A stretch of DNA of 64,000 nt from Aureliella sp. (GCA_963691875.1 OY829846.1:4096001-4160000); one strand, 5' to 3'; shown: positions 28,247-38,908, numbered from the stretch's first letter. The notes: a model not told the origin generated them from the sequence alone. Program-made: numbers and translations.

Positions 28247-29905
28247 ATGAAGTACCAGCAACGCAACCGCACATGGCTCATTCTCCTCGCCGGAGCCGCA
28301 TCAGGCTGCGCCACCACATCGGGTGGTTTGCATCCAATAGTTCAGCCCAGTCGGCACAGTCACCTTCAGTTGGCAAGCTATTCGCAAGAGCTGAATGCAA
28401 GCGAGCAATCCGGTTTTCAGAGCTCCGCGATAGCTGGGGCTCGACCGTCTGGCATTATCGCAGCATCTGAGCCATTACTTTTCAGCTTGGAGTGCAATGC
28501 TCCATCACCTTCGGACCGCGAACCCGTTGTCCAAGATTTGGAAGCCACATCACCAGCCTTGATCGAGCCGTCGGCTAAAATCGCGACAGAGGAGGCTCCA
28601 CCCGAGATGCAACGGGTTGAACCCAGGCCTTTGCTGGAAATACCAAAGAGAGAGCTACCGGTAGCGACTCGAGTGATCCAAGAAAGTACCCCGGCTGAAC
28701 ACGTCACGGAAATCGACGTCGAGCAATACGTTGCTCAAGCAGTTGCTGTGAGTCCCGAGCTGATATCGATTCAGCATCGAATCGCGGCACTTCAGCAACG
28801 CGTCCCTCTGGCACGAAGTCTTCCTGATCCCCAGCTTCAGGAAACGTTCTGGCCCTTCAACGGAAATGCGTTGGAAACGGCGGGTGGACGTGCGGCAAGT
28901 CAACTCGGCTTCACTCAATCCGTTCCCTGGCCAGAGAAGTTGAGCCAGAAGGCTGCAATCGCATGTCGCGAAATTGAGATAGCGCGACAAGAGTATGCGA
29001 ATGCGAGGCTCCGTATTGCGAACGAAGTTCGACTTGCCTGCGTCGCAATCTGGCTGGCCGATGAGCAAGAAAATCTACTTGCCGAAACGGACACATTGTT
29101 GCGTGACGTTCAGGGGGTGGCAGAAGCAAAGTACCAATCTGGTTCTAAGCAAGGCAGTTTAAAAGATGTGACGCGTGCTAAGCTCGAATCCGATACGCTC
29201 GAGGTTCAGCGTCTGCAGATTCAAAAGCAACGTAGTGTCGCCGAGGCGAGACTGGCCTCTCTTCTTCCCGGGACATCTCTGGACGCTTCCGGGTTTTCGC
29301 TTCGGGGTCCTCCTGGGGCGACGCAGCAACGACTTGACGAGCTTTTGGGGCTAGCGATCGAGATGAACCCCATACTGCAACGGATGATGGCGGAAGTCGC
29401 ACGGGATCGTGAGAAGGCGAAGCTTGCTTGCTTGGCCAAGTATCCCGATCTTCAGCTCGGCGTGAACTGGTTGATCGTTAGCGACACCAATGCGCTGAGT
29501 CCTGTCGCGACAGGCAACGACAATTTCGGCTTCACTGTTGGCATGACTCTGCCAATCTGGCGCGACAAGATCCGTGCGGGTGTGGCGGAAGCAAACCTTC
29601 AAACCCAAGTTTCGGCCAATGCCTGGCAGAGCGAACGAGATCGCATCGCAGGACAGTTACAGCAGCGGCTAGCAGAAGCGGATTCGATACTCGAATATCG
29701 CGAAATACTGAAAGGCCGCATGAGTCCAAGAACAAGGACACTCTTGAAACTGACGCTTACCGACTACTCAGGCGGTCTTAGCGACTTTTCGTCTGTTATT
29801 GAGGCGTATCGCGAAGTCCTGACTCTCGAGTCGAAGCTTCTCAGTGTGGAGGCCTCGCTGTGGACCTCTCTCATTGAGATTCAGCGGCTAGTGGGATTGC
29901 CGTAG
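28247..29905 (+). CDS. TolC family outer-membrane efflux lipoprotein
   Basis: Lipobox-like ASGC; SLPDPQL, QSVPWPEKL, YPDLQLG, LPIWRDK; divergent from cusBA. Confidence 0.88.
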   Translation: MKYQQRNRTWLILLAGAASGCATTSGGLHPIVQPSRHSHLQLASYSQELNASEQSGFQSSAIAGARPSGIIAASEPLLFSLECNAPSPSDREPVVQDLEATSPALIEPSAKIATEEAPPEMQRVEPRPLLEIPKRELPVATRVIQESTPAEHVTEIDVEQYVAQAVAVSPELISIQHRIAALQQRVPLARSLPDPQLQETFWPFNGNALETAGGRAASQLGFTQSVPWPEKLSQKAAIACREIEIARQEYANARLRIANEVRLACVAIWLADEQENLLAETDTLLRDVQGVAEAKYQSGSKQGSLKDVTRAKLESDTLEVQRLQIQKQRSVAEARLASLLPGTSLDASGFSLRGPPGATQQRLDELLGLAIEMNPILQRMMAEVARDREKAKLACLAKYPDLQLGVNWLIVSDTNALSPVATGNDNFGFTVGMTLPIWRDKIRAGVAEANLQTQVSANAWQSERDRIAGQLQQRLAEADSILEYREILKGRMSPRTRTLLKLTLTDYSGGLSDFSSVIEAYREVLTLESKLLSVEASLWTSLIEIQRLVGLP

Positions 29906-29915
29906 CGTACAAGTA

Positions 29916-30374
29916 CTAGTGTTTGTGCTCGGTGCCTTCGGGTGGTTGCTCGACGACGCCCTCCACTTGTAGCACGATGTTGTTCTTGTCGTTTTCTTTT
30001 ACGACTGCGGTGAGCTCCGAAGTGCTGTAGGAACCGAATTTCGGATCAACCACTCCGAGCTTGGTGCCGCCGAACCCCTTCATGTTCTCACCAATGATCA
30101 TTTGCAATACAACGCACTTGTGTTCGCCAGCAACCGCGCCATCGCCTTCATCGAAAGTGGTGAGTGTGAAAGTGCCATCTTTGTTGATGTTTCCACGAGC
30201 GTTCAGTGAGTGCTTGGGAGAAAGGAATTCAACTACACCGACTTTGACTGGGCTTCCATTGGGGAACTGAACTCTACCCGATACCTCGTAGGTTCGAGGT
30301 TGATTGCTGCAACCGGAGAGTGTAGCAATGACCACGCAAACGATGGCCAATGTTCCCGAGGAAGAAGTTTGCAT
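29916..30374 (-). CDS. Small lipoprotein (carboxypeptidase-regulatory-like fold) partnered with DUF1559
   Basis: Lipobox LSGC; VSGRV, DGTFTLTT..DGAVAGEHK; start 30374 or 30407. Confidence 0.8.
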   Translation of the reverse strand: MQTSSSGTLAIVCVVIATLSGCSNQPRTYEVSGRVQFPNGSPVKVGVVEFLSPKHSLNARGNINKDGTFTLTTFDEGDGAVAGEHKCVVLQMIIGENMKGFGGTKLGVVDPKFGSYSTSELTAVVKENDKNNIVLQVEGVVEQPPEGTEHKH

Positions 30375-30375
30375 T

Positions 30376-31389
30376 CTATTGTCCCAGGCTTGTGACTTGA
30401 TTGTCATGGCGATTGCAGAGGTTTCCGAGAGTGAAGGTGTCGATGTTCACCGAGAGAGTTCGAACGCTGCCGTCTGCCAAGGCAAATTGGCAAACGCCAC
30501 CGTGCCAGCTACCCCATGATACGAGTCCGTTTCCGTCGTCATTCAAGTTCGTGATGATCGGCACTCCAGGGCCTCCAATCCGCATTGAGTTGAAGACATT
30601 GTCGCCATTGTAGATAAATGCATCGGTGGGAGATTGACCGAGCATGTTCAATGGTACGTGCATCTCTCCTACAAGAAAGGTGTTGCTAAGTCCATCAGTA
30701 GCATCACGTTGTTTGATCTTGTCAACCCAATCAATTGGTTCTCCCGCTGGACCACACCTCGCACGGCTGGAGATGATAAGCCCGTTTCCGTTTCCACCGT
30801 AATAGAAATCGGTAGCCAGCCCCGTTGATCCCGAGGACATGTCGCCCTGGTTTCCGCCATAGTCGCCGACTGCTCCAGAGATGTTCCCAGAGGAACTGTT
30901 GGAACATGGGTAGGGGCACCCGCAGGGAGCGAAACACCACTGAGTATCGTTATTAACGGCTAGTCCGTCACCAACAGCGTCTGACATGGAACGACGAGAG
31001 GGACAGCAGAAAAAAGGAAAGGTTGTAGTGCGGACCTCTTCTGGATGATCTGCGTAAGATCGGCGGTAATCCCATCGGCCCTCGGCCGCAACTTGCTCGA
31101 GGTACGGCAGTATTCGGACAAGCCAAGTGATTTCTCGACCGCCACAGACATACTTGCTTTCGCCAGGGCGCGGTTGGTACCGACCCGGTGGATAGCATTT
31201 ATTACTTTCATGAAATAGCTCGGTTGCCAAGCAAATCTGTTTCAGATTGTTTTGGCACGACATGCGTCGAGCGGCTTCACGAGCGGCCTGGACAGCTGGG
31301 AGCAGCAAACCGACGAGGATTCCAATGATCGCAATCACTACCAAAAGCTCGACTAGGGTGAATGCAGGACGGGCTCTATTCATTTTCAT
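30376..31389 (-). CDS. DUF1559 prepilin-type N-terminal cleavage protein
   Basis: [42 protein letters not shown]9-DG (HGGVCQFALADG); start among 31395/31389/31383. Confidence 0.93.
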   Translation of the reverse strand: MKMNRARPAFTLVELLVVIAIIGILVGLLLPAVQAAREAARRMSCQNNLKQICLATELFHESNKCYPPGRYQPRPGESKYVCGGREITWLVRILPYLEQVAAEGRWDYRRSYADHPEEVRTTTFPFFCCPSRRSMSDAVGDGLAVNNDTQWCFAPCGCPYPCSNSSSGNISGAVGDYGGNQGDMSSGSTGLATDFYYGGNGNGLIISSRARCGPAGEPIDWVDKIKQRDATDGLSNTFLVGEMHVPLNMLGQSPTDAFIYNGDNVFNSMRIGGPGVPIITNLNDDGNGLVSWGSWHGGVCQFALADGSVRTLSVNIDTFTLGNLCNRHDNQVTSLGQ

Positions 31390-31740
31390 TTGCATATTTT
31401 CCTGACATGACACCCGAGTACTACGGGACGAACTCCATTGTAGTTGGGTGAACGGGCTACGCTTTCGGCCGTTTAGGTGCGAAGTCGGTCTGATCCCTAC
31501 CTTTGGAATCCGAAGGGAAGGAGCACGAGGAAGTCGTGTGACCGACGTTCTGAGGGCGGATTTTTGTCTCTAGTTCCAGAAACGCATTTTTGCAAGGATT
31601 ATAGCCTCAGCTGGAGGTATTGCCTTAGAAAAAGAAAGTTAAGGCACCTTGTAAGCTCTATTGATACGGATTTCAAGATTCCTCTTCAGCCAGGATGGCT
31701 TTCCTTGAGTCGACGACCAGACAAACTCTCTATCGCCTTC

Positions 31741-32766
31741 ATGGTGGGCTTGTTTTCAGGCTATTGCCGCGAAGTTGTTACGTCGGTCACTTTGGCTGCT
31801 CGACGGTGGCAGAGCGATGATGTTGGAGCAATGGCGGCTGCTGTAGCCTACTATCTGGCTCTCTCCGTCTTCCCGATCCTGTTGTTACTAAGTAGCGGAG
31901 TTGGGCTCTTTCTCAAGTTTACGAACCTGGGGCATGATGCCGAATTGCAGATTCTGTCAATTGTCGCGGAGCACTGTTCTCCTACTCTGGAGCAGCAAGT
32001 GCGCGTGATGCTGCTTCAGTTTGAAGAGCAAGCTATCGTTGGTTGCCCCTTTGGATTGATAACCGCCATCGCAGCCGCCATTGGTGTCTTCCTTCAGTTC
32101 GAACGAGCTTTCGACAAGATCTGGCGAGTCAGACCGGCGCGTTTTACCAGCACTCGGCATTTTTTGACTCGACTGGTGACCAAGCGTTTTGCCGCTTTCC
32201 TAATGCTAGGATCTGTGGGACTTGCTATTATCGCCATCATGGTTGCGAATCTCGCCATTAGCGGTATTCGAGCTTGGATGGCTGAGTGGTATTTGGCGGG
32301 CACTTTGATTCTGTTCGTCGCAGATACACTTACGACGATTCTTCTTAACACCGTTGCATTTGCAGTGCTTTATAAATGCTTGCCCAAGAAGAAAGTTAGA
32401 TGGCGCGAGGCGTTTCGCAGTGCGTTGCTTGTTGCACTGACTTGGGAATTAGGCCGAGAGTTGCTTTGTTCCTTCCTGATCGGAATGCGATACACCACAA
32501 CTTATGGAGCAGTCGGTTCGTTTATCGCGCTGCTGCTCTGGTTCTACTGGGGCGTCAATCTACTGTTCTTTGGCGCGGAGTACCTGCAGGTTCTGACTCA
32601 GCGAAGTGAACAGCCATTCTCTATGTTCGATCCCAACCAAGCCCAGGATAGAAACTCGCGAGATTCTCATCAGCCGAGGAGGTCTGGCGCGTCGGTACCT
32701 GCGATGCATCTAAACGGGAATTGGAATGCTTCCGTGCATCAAAATTCTCACGGCTTCGACGCTTGA
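31741..32766 (+). CDS. YihY/virulence factor BrkB family membrane protein
   Basis: AAAVAYYLALSVFP, AFDKIW, YGAVGSFIALLLWFYW..FGAE. Confidence 0.9.
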   Translation: MVGLFSGYCREVVTSVTLAARRWQSDDVGAMAAAVAYYLALSVFPILLLLSSGVGLFLKFTNLGHDAELQILSIVAEHCSPTLEQQVRVMLLQFEEQAIVGCPFGLITAIAAAIGVFLQFERAFDKIWRVRPARFTSTRHFLTRLVTKRFAAFLMLGSVGLAIIAIMVANLAISGIRAWMAEWYLAGTLILFVADTLTTILLNTVAFAVLYKCLPKKKVRWREAFRSALLVALTWELGRELLCSFLIGMRYTTTYGAVGSFIALLLWFYWGVNLLFFGAEYLQVLTQRSEQPFSMFDPNQAQDRNSRDSHQPRRSGASVPAMHLNGNWNASVHQNSHGFDA

Positions 32767-32778
32767 AACTGGTTATCG

Positions 32779-33294
32779 TTAATTCTTCGATTCTTCGAAG
32801 GCTAACTCACTGCCCTCTAGCTCCTTGATGGCACGAGCTCCCGAAGCAATCTGAGCATAGATTGTTAGCTCCTTGAGTTCTTGGCTTTCCGGTGGAAAGT
32901 AAGCTGTGCCTTTCGTGTGAAAAGCGGCCAACGGCACGACGACTTCGCCACCAGGAGGAACAGTGTCGGGGTGGGTGTAGTGAAACTGATGGTTGATCGA
33001 CAAGTTTAGGTAATTCCAAGGTTCCTCTGTTGGGTTTGTTAGAGTTACGCAAGGTAGCACCCGAGTGTCAGGTGTGTCTCTAGACTGCTTGTTTTCAATT
33101 GCTCGAGGGCCAACTAAGACGTCGACTTCCAGCACTGGGTCACGAACATCTGGCATGGTCGTATACATCCAAACGACCAGCGCGAAGGGGGCAAGAGTTA
33201 AGACAATCAGCCCCACAGTTAGCTGAGTACGCGTAAGCGTGTTGGGTAGCTTAGGCGCTTGTTCTAAGTCGCTGTTAGTCTGGACTGTATTCAT
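32779..33294 (-). CDS. Hypothetical single-pass membrane protein
   Basis: 171-aa ORF with one TM segment, co-oriented with the DUF1501 gene, filling the gap between genes. Confidence 0.7.
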   Translation of the reverse strand: MNTVQTNSDLEQAPKLPNTLTRTQLTVGLIVLTLAPFALVVWMYTTMPDVRDPVLEVDVLVGPRAIENKQSRDTPDTRVLPCVTLTNPTEEPWNYLNLSINHQFHYTHPDTVPPGGEVVVPLAAFHTKGTAYFPPESQELKELTIYAQIASGARAIKELEGSELAFEESKN

Positions 33295-33413
33295 TTCGCT
33301 GTGCCCTGGAAAACGCGTTGCGATTCAGTGTGCAATACCCGCGTATCATTGTTGGTTTCAGGCAAATCAAGAATGCCAATCGTGGCTTCTCGCGACGGAA
33401 ATTCGCAAAGTTG

Positions 33414-34796
33414 CTAAGCCAAGAGCTCCTTGATGACCTTACCGCCGAACTGAGAAAGCTGCTTGAAGCGGCCGGCGTGGAAGAAAGTCAGCCGATTGTC
33501 GTCAAGTCCAAGAAGATTGAGAAGCGTCACGTGTAAATCGCGGATGGGATGTACACATTCGACGGCTTCGGCGCCAAGCTCATCCGTGGCCCCGACAGTT
33601 TGTCCTGCCTTCACTCCACCGCCTGCCATCCAAACGCACATCGCCTTGGCATTGTGGTCGCGGCCATACGCAATTCCACCTCGGACACCGTTGTCGGGGC
33701 TACGACCGAATTCGCCGCACCAAACGACGAGAGTGTCCTCGAGTAGACCGCACTGGTCGAGATCTTGGATCAAAGCTGCGATCGGACGATCCACTGCGTT
33801 GATAAGCTTTCCATGAGCTCGTTCGATGTAGTCGTGGGAGTCCCAAGTAGAAGCGTAAAGCTGCACAAAGCGAACACCGTGCTCCAGCAATCTTCGCGCG
33901 TACAAGCATTTCTTTCCGAACTTGGCCGTAGCCTTGTCCTTCAAGCCGTACTCTTCAATCGTCTGTGCTTTCTCATGGCTCAGATCGAGAACTTGTTTGA
34001 CATCATCCTGCATTCTGAAGGCGAGTTCGAAGCTATCCAGTCGCGCTGCCAGCAAGTCAGCCTGCGGATGATTCTGCATATGCTTATTGTTTAGCGCGCC
34101 TAGTAGATCGAGGTTCGCTCTCTGATGTTCTTTGGTGATTCCTTTGGGCGGCGTTAGATTCAATATTGGAGAACCCTGAGGCCGCAATGCGGTAGCTTGA
34201 TACTGCGCCGGTAAGAACCCATTGCCCCAGTTCGCCGCGCCGCCTTGGGGAAAGGAGAGGTCAGGCATAACGACGAAACCTGGCAAGTTTTCATTCAGTG
34301 TGCCAAGACCGTAATTCACCCAGGCACCTACTGCTGGATCCCCACCGAAGCGATTCCCGCAATTGATATGGTACAAGGCGGTCGGATGATTGATCGATTC
34401 AGCTTGTAGCCCACGGTAGAAGCAAAGCTTGTCGGCCACCTTCGAGAGATGTTGCCATTTTTCGCTCATCCATGCGCCGGACTCACCATGTTGGCTGAAA
34501 GAGAATGGACTTTGCACATAGTAGCGCTTGCCGCTAGCCATGGCCGAAATCCTTTCACCGCTCCGCTGGAATTCCTTTAGGTGCAGCTCTTTCAGCTTGG
34601 GCTTGGGATCAAAAGTATCGATCTGGCTAGGACCGCCCTCCATCGTCAAGAAGATGCAACGCTTTGCTCTAGGTGTATGGTGGGGCTGCTTCGCGTCGTC
34701 TGCAGGTGAGGCGTTCAGCTCGTGCTGCAGCATGCCTTGCAGTGCCACACTGCCGAGTGTAGCGCCGAGGCTATATAAGTATTCTCTACGAAACAT
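33414..34796 (-). CDS. DUF1501 domain protein
   Basis: MEGGPSQIDTFDPKP, ARRLLEHGVRFVQ, WDSH, GEFGRSP, GRDH. Confidence 0.93.
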   Translation of the reverse strand: MFRREYLYSLGATLGSVALQGMLQHELNASPADDAKQPHHTPRAKRCIFLTMEGGPSQIDTFDPKPKLKELHLKEFQRSGERISAMASGKRYYVQSPFSFSQHGESGAWMSEKWQHLSKVADKLCFYRGLQAESINHPTALYHINCGNRFGGDPAVGAWVNYGLGTLNENLPGFVVMPDLSFPQGGAANWGNGFLPAQYQATALRPQGSPILNLTPPKGITKEHQRANLDLLGALNNKHMQNHPQADLLAARLDSFELAFRMQDDVKQVLDLSHEKAQTIEEYGLKDKATAKFGKKCLYARRLLEHGVRFVQLYASTWDSHDYIERAHGKLINAVDRPIAALIQDLDQCGLLEDTLVVWCGEFGRSPDNGVRGGIAYGRDHNAKAMCVWMAGGGVKAGQTVGATDELGAEAVECVHPIRDLHVTLLNLLGLDDNRLTFFHAGRFKQLSQFGGKVIKELLA

Positions 34797-34833
34797 AACT
34801 TTAGATTGTTTCAGTCGTGCAAACTGCTTGGGG

Positions 34834-37713
34834 TCAGGGGGCGTACAGTAGCTCGTTGCTGGAAAGGATGACCAGGCAAACTTCGGCTAAGCCGCGCACC
34901 CGAGGGCTGGACGAGGCCGGGTCCGATTCGGGGATGTAGTCGCGGTGCTGTTCCAATGGCTCGGTGAACTCGAATAACGCTCCTGTGTTCTCTGACACCA
35001 AGGAACGTTTCTGCGCAGTCGGAGGCCGGTAGGTTGCGAGTTGTATATTCTCGTGGCGATTGGTCATTTCTTCCCAATGATTTAGACAGACGGCTAGCTC
35101 ATTTGGGGCCGCTTCACGCCCGAAGGCCAGCTGAAAAATCCGATGAATTGTTGCTGGCACGTGCTTTGCCTGATGATCGCTTTCCGTAGTGTCAGTGGTT
35201 TCGTTGAGAACTCGGTCAGCAAAAGCCAGAGCTCGTTCATAGGAAAACTGACTGTTGAAAAGCGTCAAGCCCTGAGGTGCAACGGTGGAGTTGTCTCGGA
35301 GTTCGCATGATAAGTCCGGCGATGGCTTGTTGAACACCTCTAGCATTGGGTCAGGAAGAGTACGAAGCCGCAAAGCGTAGAGTGCGCGTCGATTGCGATC
35401 CTGTGGCAGGGGTGATGCTTGATATATCGGTGCGTAGGATCCCATGATCTGCCGAGGTTGTGCGCCAACTTCTGGATTGATGTTAGGCCTCACGGGTACT
35501 CCACCCACTTCATGATTGAGCAGACCGCTTATGGTTAGGACCGAATCAAGAACCTGCTCCGCACTCAGTCTGCGTGATTGGAATACTGCGTACGAAGTTC
35601 CTAGCGGATCTTTCTCTGTGATGATTTGGAGTTCAGTTGGAGCAACATCGCGGCTCGTTCGACAGTAAGCTTCGCTAAGTAGAATAGTCCGATGTAATAC
35701 TTTGCTCGACCAGTCTGCTTCAACAAGTTCGTTCGCTAAGTAGTCGAGCAACTCTGGGTGTGAAGGTGGTTCGGAAGCAGTTCCGAAGTTATTCGCAGTC
35801 TTGACGAGACCTTGTCCAAAATGTTGTTGCCAAATGCGGTTGGCCATGACTCGGGGCGTCAGTGGATTGCGTTTCGCATCCGTAAGCCAGTCTGCAAAAT
35901 CGAGTCGGCGTCCGGCGGTGGTTTCTGAGACTAAACTACTTTCCGACGCGTCCAAGCCAACTATTCCTGAAAGAACCGAAAGTGTTCCAGGCGTGACCGC
36001 AATGGTCGGAGAGAAGACATCGCCACCGCTCAGTATCGAGGTTTGAGCAGATTTTCCTCTCCGCTTTCCAGGCATTGTGATGCGAGAATTAAAAGCACGC
36101 CTCGTTGCGTCGGGGCCACTGTAAACGCTGAACGCGATAGGCTTGTAGCGATCTAGCTCCCAGTTGTGCCGCGACACGTATTTAGTTGCGATTCGATCTT
36201 CGCCGAAATCGCGAGGACTGAAGCCGACGTTCTTCGGAGCAATTTCGTCCTGAGAAATGCCTTTTTTCAGCTTCTCACCACGGGAGGCATACTCTAGACC
36301 GCGGTCTGCATACCATTTTTCAGCGTATTTGCGCGCTCGTTTGCTGACCTCTGTTTTCACTTTTGAGAAAACACCGATCCGTTCCATCAGATAAGCAGTC
36401 TGTTCTTCAAAGTTGTTCTGGTTTTCAGAATCAAGAAAAGCCGCCGGACGATCCGCGAACTGAGTGGTCGCAAAGACCGCTTGGATACGGTAGTAATCGC
36501 GAGTTGGGATCGGATCGAACTTGTGGTCGTGACAGCGCGCACACTGAAGCGGATGAGCCAGGAAGGCTTGGCCGACGAGATCTGTAATGTCATCCAAGTA
36601 CTGTTGCCGCGTAACTTTCGCGACACTCATGCCAGTGTGTTCCCATGGGCCCATGCGGAGCATGCCAGTAGCAATCAATAGTTCTGGGTTGTTTTCATCG
36701 ATTTCGTCTCCGGCAATCTGCTCGCGGATAAACTGGTCAATGGGTCGATCTTCATTGAAGCAGCGGGTGACATAGTCTCGATATCGCCACGCGTTAGGTC
36801 GTTGGTAGTCGTTAGAGAATCCAGCTGAGTCTGCATAGCGGACTACGTCCAGCCAATTTGTGGCAGCCTGTTCCCCAAAATGCGGTGAGGCGAGGACTTG
36901 ATCGACGAGTTGCTCCCAGGCTTGTTGTTCCGATGCAGGATTGGAAACAAACTTGGCGACAGCTTCCGGCGTTGGAGGCAAGCCAGTTAGATCCAGGTAG
37001 AGTCTGCGAATGAGATCGAGGCGACTTGCGCGTTGGGCCGGGCGGACTCCGAGTTCTATTAACTTCGCGTTGGTAAACAAATCGACCTTGTTATTCGCCG
37101 GCAGGTCGGTAGGAGCAGGCAGCTCGACCTTCAGTGGTTGGTAAGCCCATAAGGTCTTGGGTGCATAGCGGCGATCATCCCAGTTGGAATCCAGTCCACC
37201 ACTGGTCGCAACAGTTATACCGGTGGCGAATTCTCCGCGAATCGCTTCGATCTTCTTTTCGTCGGGCCAAGGTGCGCCCAGCTCGATCCACTTTTTTAGG
37301 GCCGCGAGCTGTTCTTCGTCGAGGCGATCGTTTTCCTTGGGTGGCATCTGCAGTTGATCGTGTTTCCGAGTTGATGACTTGTAGATCCAGCTATCTTCTG
37401 GTTTTTCCGGTACCAAAGCCGCTTCACCGCTATCACCGCCTCGGACAGTCTGTTCCCGAGTTGTGATCACAAATCCAGACTCGATCTCGTCGGGATTGCG
37501 ACCATGGCAGGCGGCGCATTTTGAATCTAGGGTTGGAGCAACCACAAGCGCGAAGATCTTTTCGCCTTCACTGAACTCCTCCCAGTCGGACGTAGACTGC
37601 ACTGGTGCATTTTTGCGTTCTTTTGAGCCTTCGTCGGATTGAGCCTGCGCGATTGAAGCTGAAACGAATGCAGCCAGAAGTCCAAATGATAGGTGAGCGA
37701 AAGATCGAGACAT
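34834..37713 (-). CDS. Planctomycete cytochrome c + DUF1549 + DUF1553 (PSD1) protein
   Basis: Signal peptide, CAACH..MPP, WLDVVRYADS, CARCHDHKFDP, NRIWQQHFG, PSHPELLD. Confidence 0.93.
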   Translation of the reverse strand: MSRSFAHLSFGLLAAFVSASIAQAQSDEGSKERKNAPVQSTSDWEEFSEGEKIFALVVAPTLDSKCAACHGRNPDEIESGFVITTREQTVRGGDSGEAALVPEKPEDSWIYKSSTRKHDQLQMPPKENDRLDEEQLAALKKWIELGAPWPDEKKIEAIRGEFATGITVATSGGLDSNWDDRRYAPKTLWAYQPLKVELPAPTDLPANNKVDLFTNAKLIELGVRPAQRASRLDLIRRLYLDLTGLPPTPEAVAKFVSNPASEQQAWEQLVDQVLASPHFGEQAATNWLDVVRYADSAGFSNDYQRPNAWRYRDYVTRCFNEDRPIDQFIREQIAGDEIDENNPELLIATGMLRMGPWEHTGMSVAKVTRQQYLDDITDLVGQAFLAHPLQCARCHDHKFDPIPTRDYYRIQAVFATTQFADRPAAFLDSENQNNFEEQTAYLMERIGVFSKVKTEVSKRARKYAEKWYADRGLEYASRGEKLKKGISQDEIAPKNVGFSPRDFGEDRIATKYVSRHNWELDRYKPIAFSVYSGPDATRRAFNSRITMPGKRRGKSAQTSILSGGDVFSPTIAVTPGTLSVLSGIVGLDASESSLVSETTAGRRLDFADWLTDAKRNPLTPRVMANRIWQQHFGQGLVKTANNFGTASEPPSHPELLDYLANELVEADWSSKVLHRTILLSEAYCRTSRDVAPTELQIITEKDPLGTSYAVFQSRRLSAEQVLDSVLTISGLLNHEVGGVPVRPNINPEVGAQPRQIMGSYAPIYQASPLPQDRNRRALYALRLRTLPDPMLEVFNKPSPDLSCELRDNSTVAPQGLTLFNSQFSYERALAFADRVLNETTDTTESDHQAKHVPATIHRIFQLAFGREAAPNELAVCLNHWEEMTNRHENIQLATYRPPTAQKRSLVSENTGALFEFTEPLEQHRDYIPESDPASSSPRVRGLAEVCLVILSSNELLYAP

Positions 37714-37825
37714 GCGATTCAATCACTTGGCGGGAGAAAATGAAAGTCAGCAGCGACAGGTGAAGCTCGACATCCATTGTACCGCAACAATAAGTCCAAA
37801 TTGTACAAATTCAAACTTGAAACAA

Positions 37826-38908
37826 CTAAAGCGAGTTGATGCTTTCGGGCAGGGAGATCGTTTCGAGAAGCCAGATCCAGGGAAGGAAGATGAGAAACAC
37901 ATAGCTCAGGATGGTGGCAGAGCCCACCAGCAGCGCGATGAGCATGGGAAACCAGCGGCGGTGAGCGTCATCGAGTTGCTCTGCGGATTGCTGCAGGTTC
38001 AGCGAAACCTCCCTCAGGTGTCGGGCGGACTCTTCTGGACTGAGTATTCCAGCGTGCGCTGAACCCAAGATGAGTGAAGTTTCCTTGGACATTAGGTCTG
38101 GTGTTTGTTTTTGTTGTACCTGTTGCCAGCCGAGTTGCGATTCTTCATCCGTTGCGCCGAGAGTTTTCAGGCTCAAGTGTGTGATGTTTTCCAGCGGAAC
38201 CTTGGAACCCGCCAGCAAGGCGGCGAGATGTGTTGCCAACGCCTGTTGACGTAGAGACTTCGCATGTTTGTCTCGATTGGCTCGGCTGAGACCACGACGC
38301 CTCCGCATCCAGTAGAGAATAACCAGGGACACTGAAACAAGCATAACGAGAAACAGAGTTAAGAGCAAGGGGTTTTCCCCAACCACCACAATGAATTCTA
38401 GCCAGCTCGGAAGATTCTGGTTGAACAGCCGATAGGTCTCGCGATATTCCGGGATCAAGGACCAAGCTACCATGGTGAGTGCGATGACCATCAATAGCAC
38501 GAGGAGAAACGGATAAAGCAGGGCCGAGTGGAAATTTTGCTTTGCCTTAAAATTGGCGATATGCATTGCCGTCCAGGCTTGAAGCGATTCAGCCAGCCGA
38601 TCCGAGGACTCGCCTGCCTCGATGCAAGCAGCCAGTACTAGCGACTCGCGATCTCGACCAGCCACCAACGTGTCACTCCACTTCTTTCCGGACTGCACGT
38701 CTCGCTCGATTTGTTCCGCCAGCTTCCGAGTTGAGGTGGTCGATGAGCTCAGGCTCTGGCGGAGTTCTCTGCCAATCGGAAGTCTCGCACGCACAAGCTT
38801 TGCAACCTGCTCGCAAACGGCCAGCTTTTCGGCGAGCGTTGCCGCAGGCGAGGTTTGGCTCTGATTCGATTCTTCGGAGCGTTTTAGGGAATTGCCGGAG
38901 TCGTTCAT
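37826..38908 (-). CDS. Divergent GspF/PilC family inner-membrane platform protein
   Basis: AGESSDRL..L, ALLYPFLL..LIPEY..Y, C-terminal IFLPW; follows the GspE-like gene. Confidence 0.75.
   Translation of the reverse strand: MNDSGNSLKRSEESNQSQTSPAATLAEKLAVCEQVAKLVRARLPIGRELRQSLSSSTTSTRKLAEQIERDVQSGKKWSDTLVAGRDRESLVLAACIEAGESSDRLAESLQAWTAMHIANFKAKQNFHSALLYPFLLVLLMVIALTMVAWSLIPEYRETYRLFNQNLPSWLEFIVVVGENPLLLTLFLVMLVSVSLVILYWMRRRRGLSRANRDKHAKSLRQQALATHLAALLAGSKVPLENITHLSLKTLGATDEESQLGWQQVQQKQTPDLMSKETSLILGSAHAGILSPEESARHLREVSLNLQQSAEQLDDAHRRWFPMLIALLVGSATILSYVFLIFLPWIWLLETISLPESINSL

Noticed and set aside
21430..29905. Metal-efflux locus as a mobile genomic island
   Set aside because: No integrase, tRNA, flanking direct repeats or IS ends were seen, and it carries a host family A repeat.
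31488..31520. TPP riboswitch-like words CTGATC...CGAAGGGAAG
   Set aside because: The 5' CTGAGA element and the conserved loop are missing, and there is no thiamine-related gene downstream.
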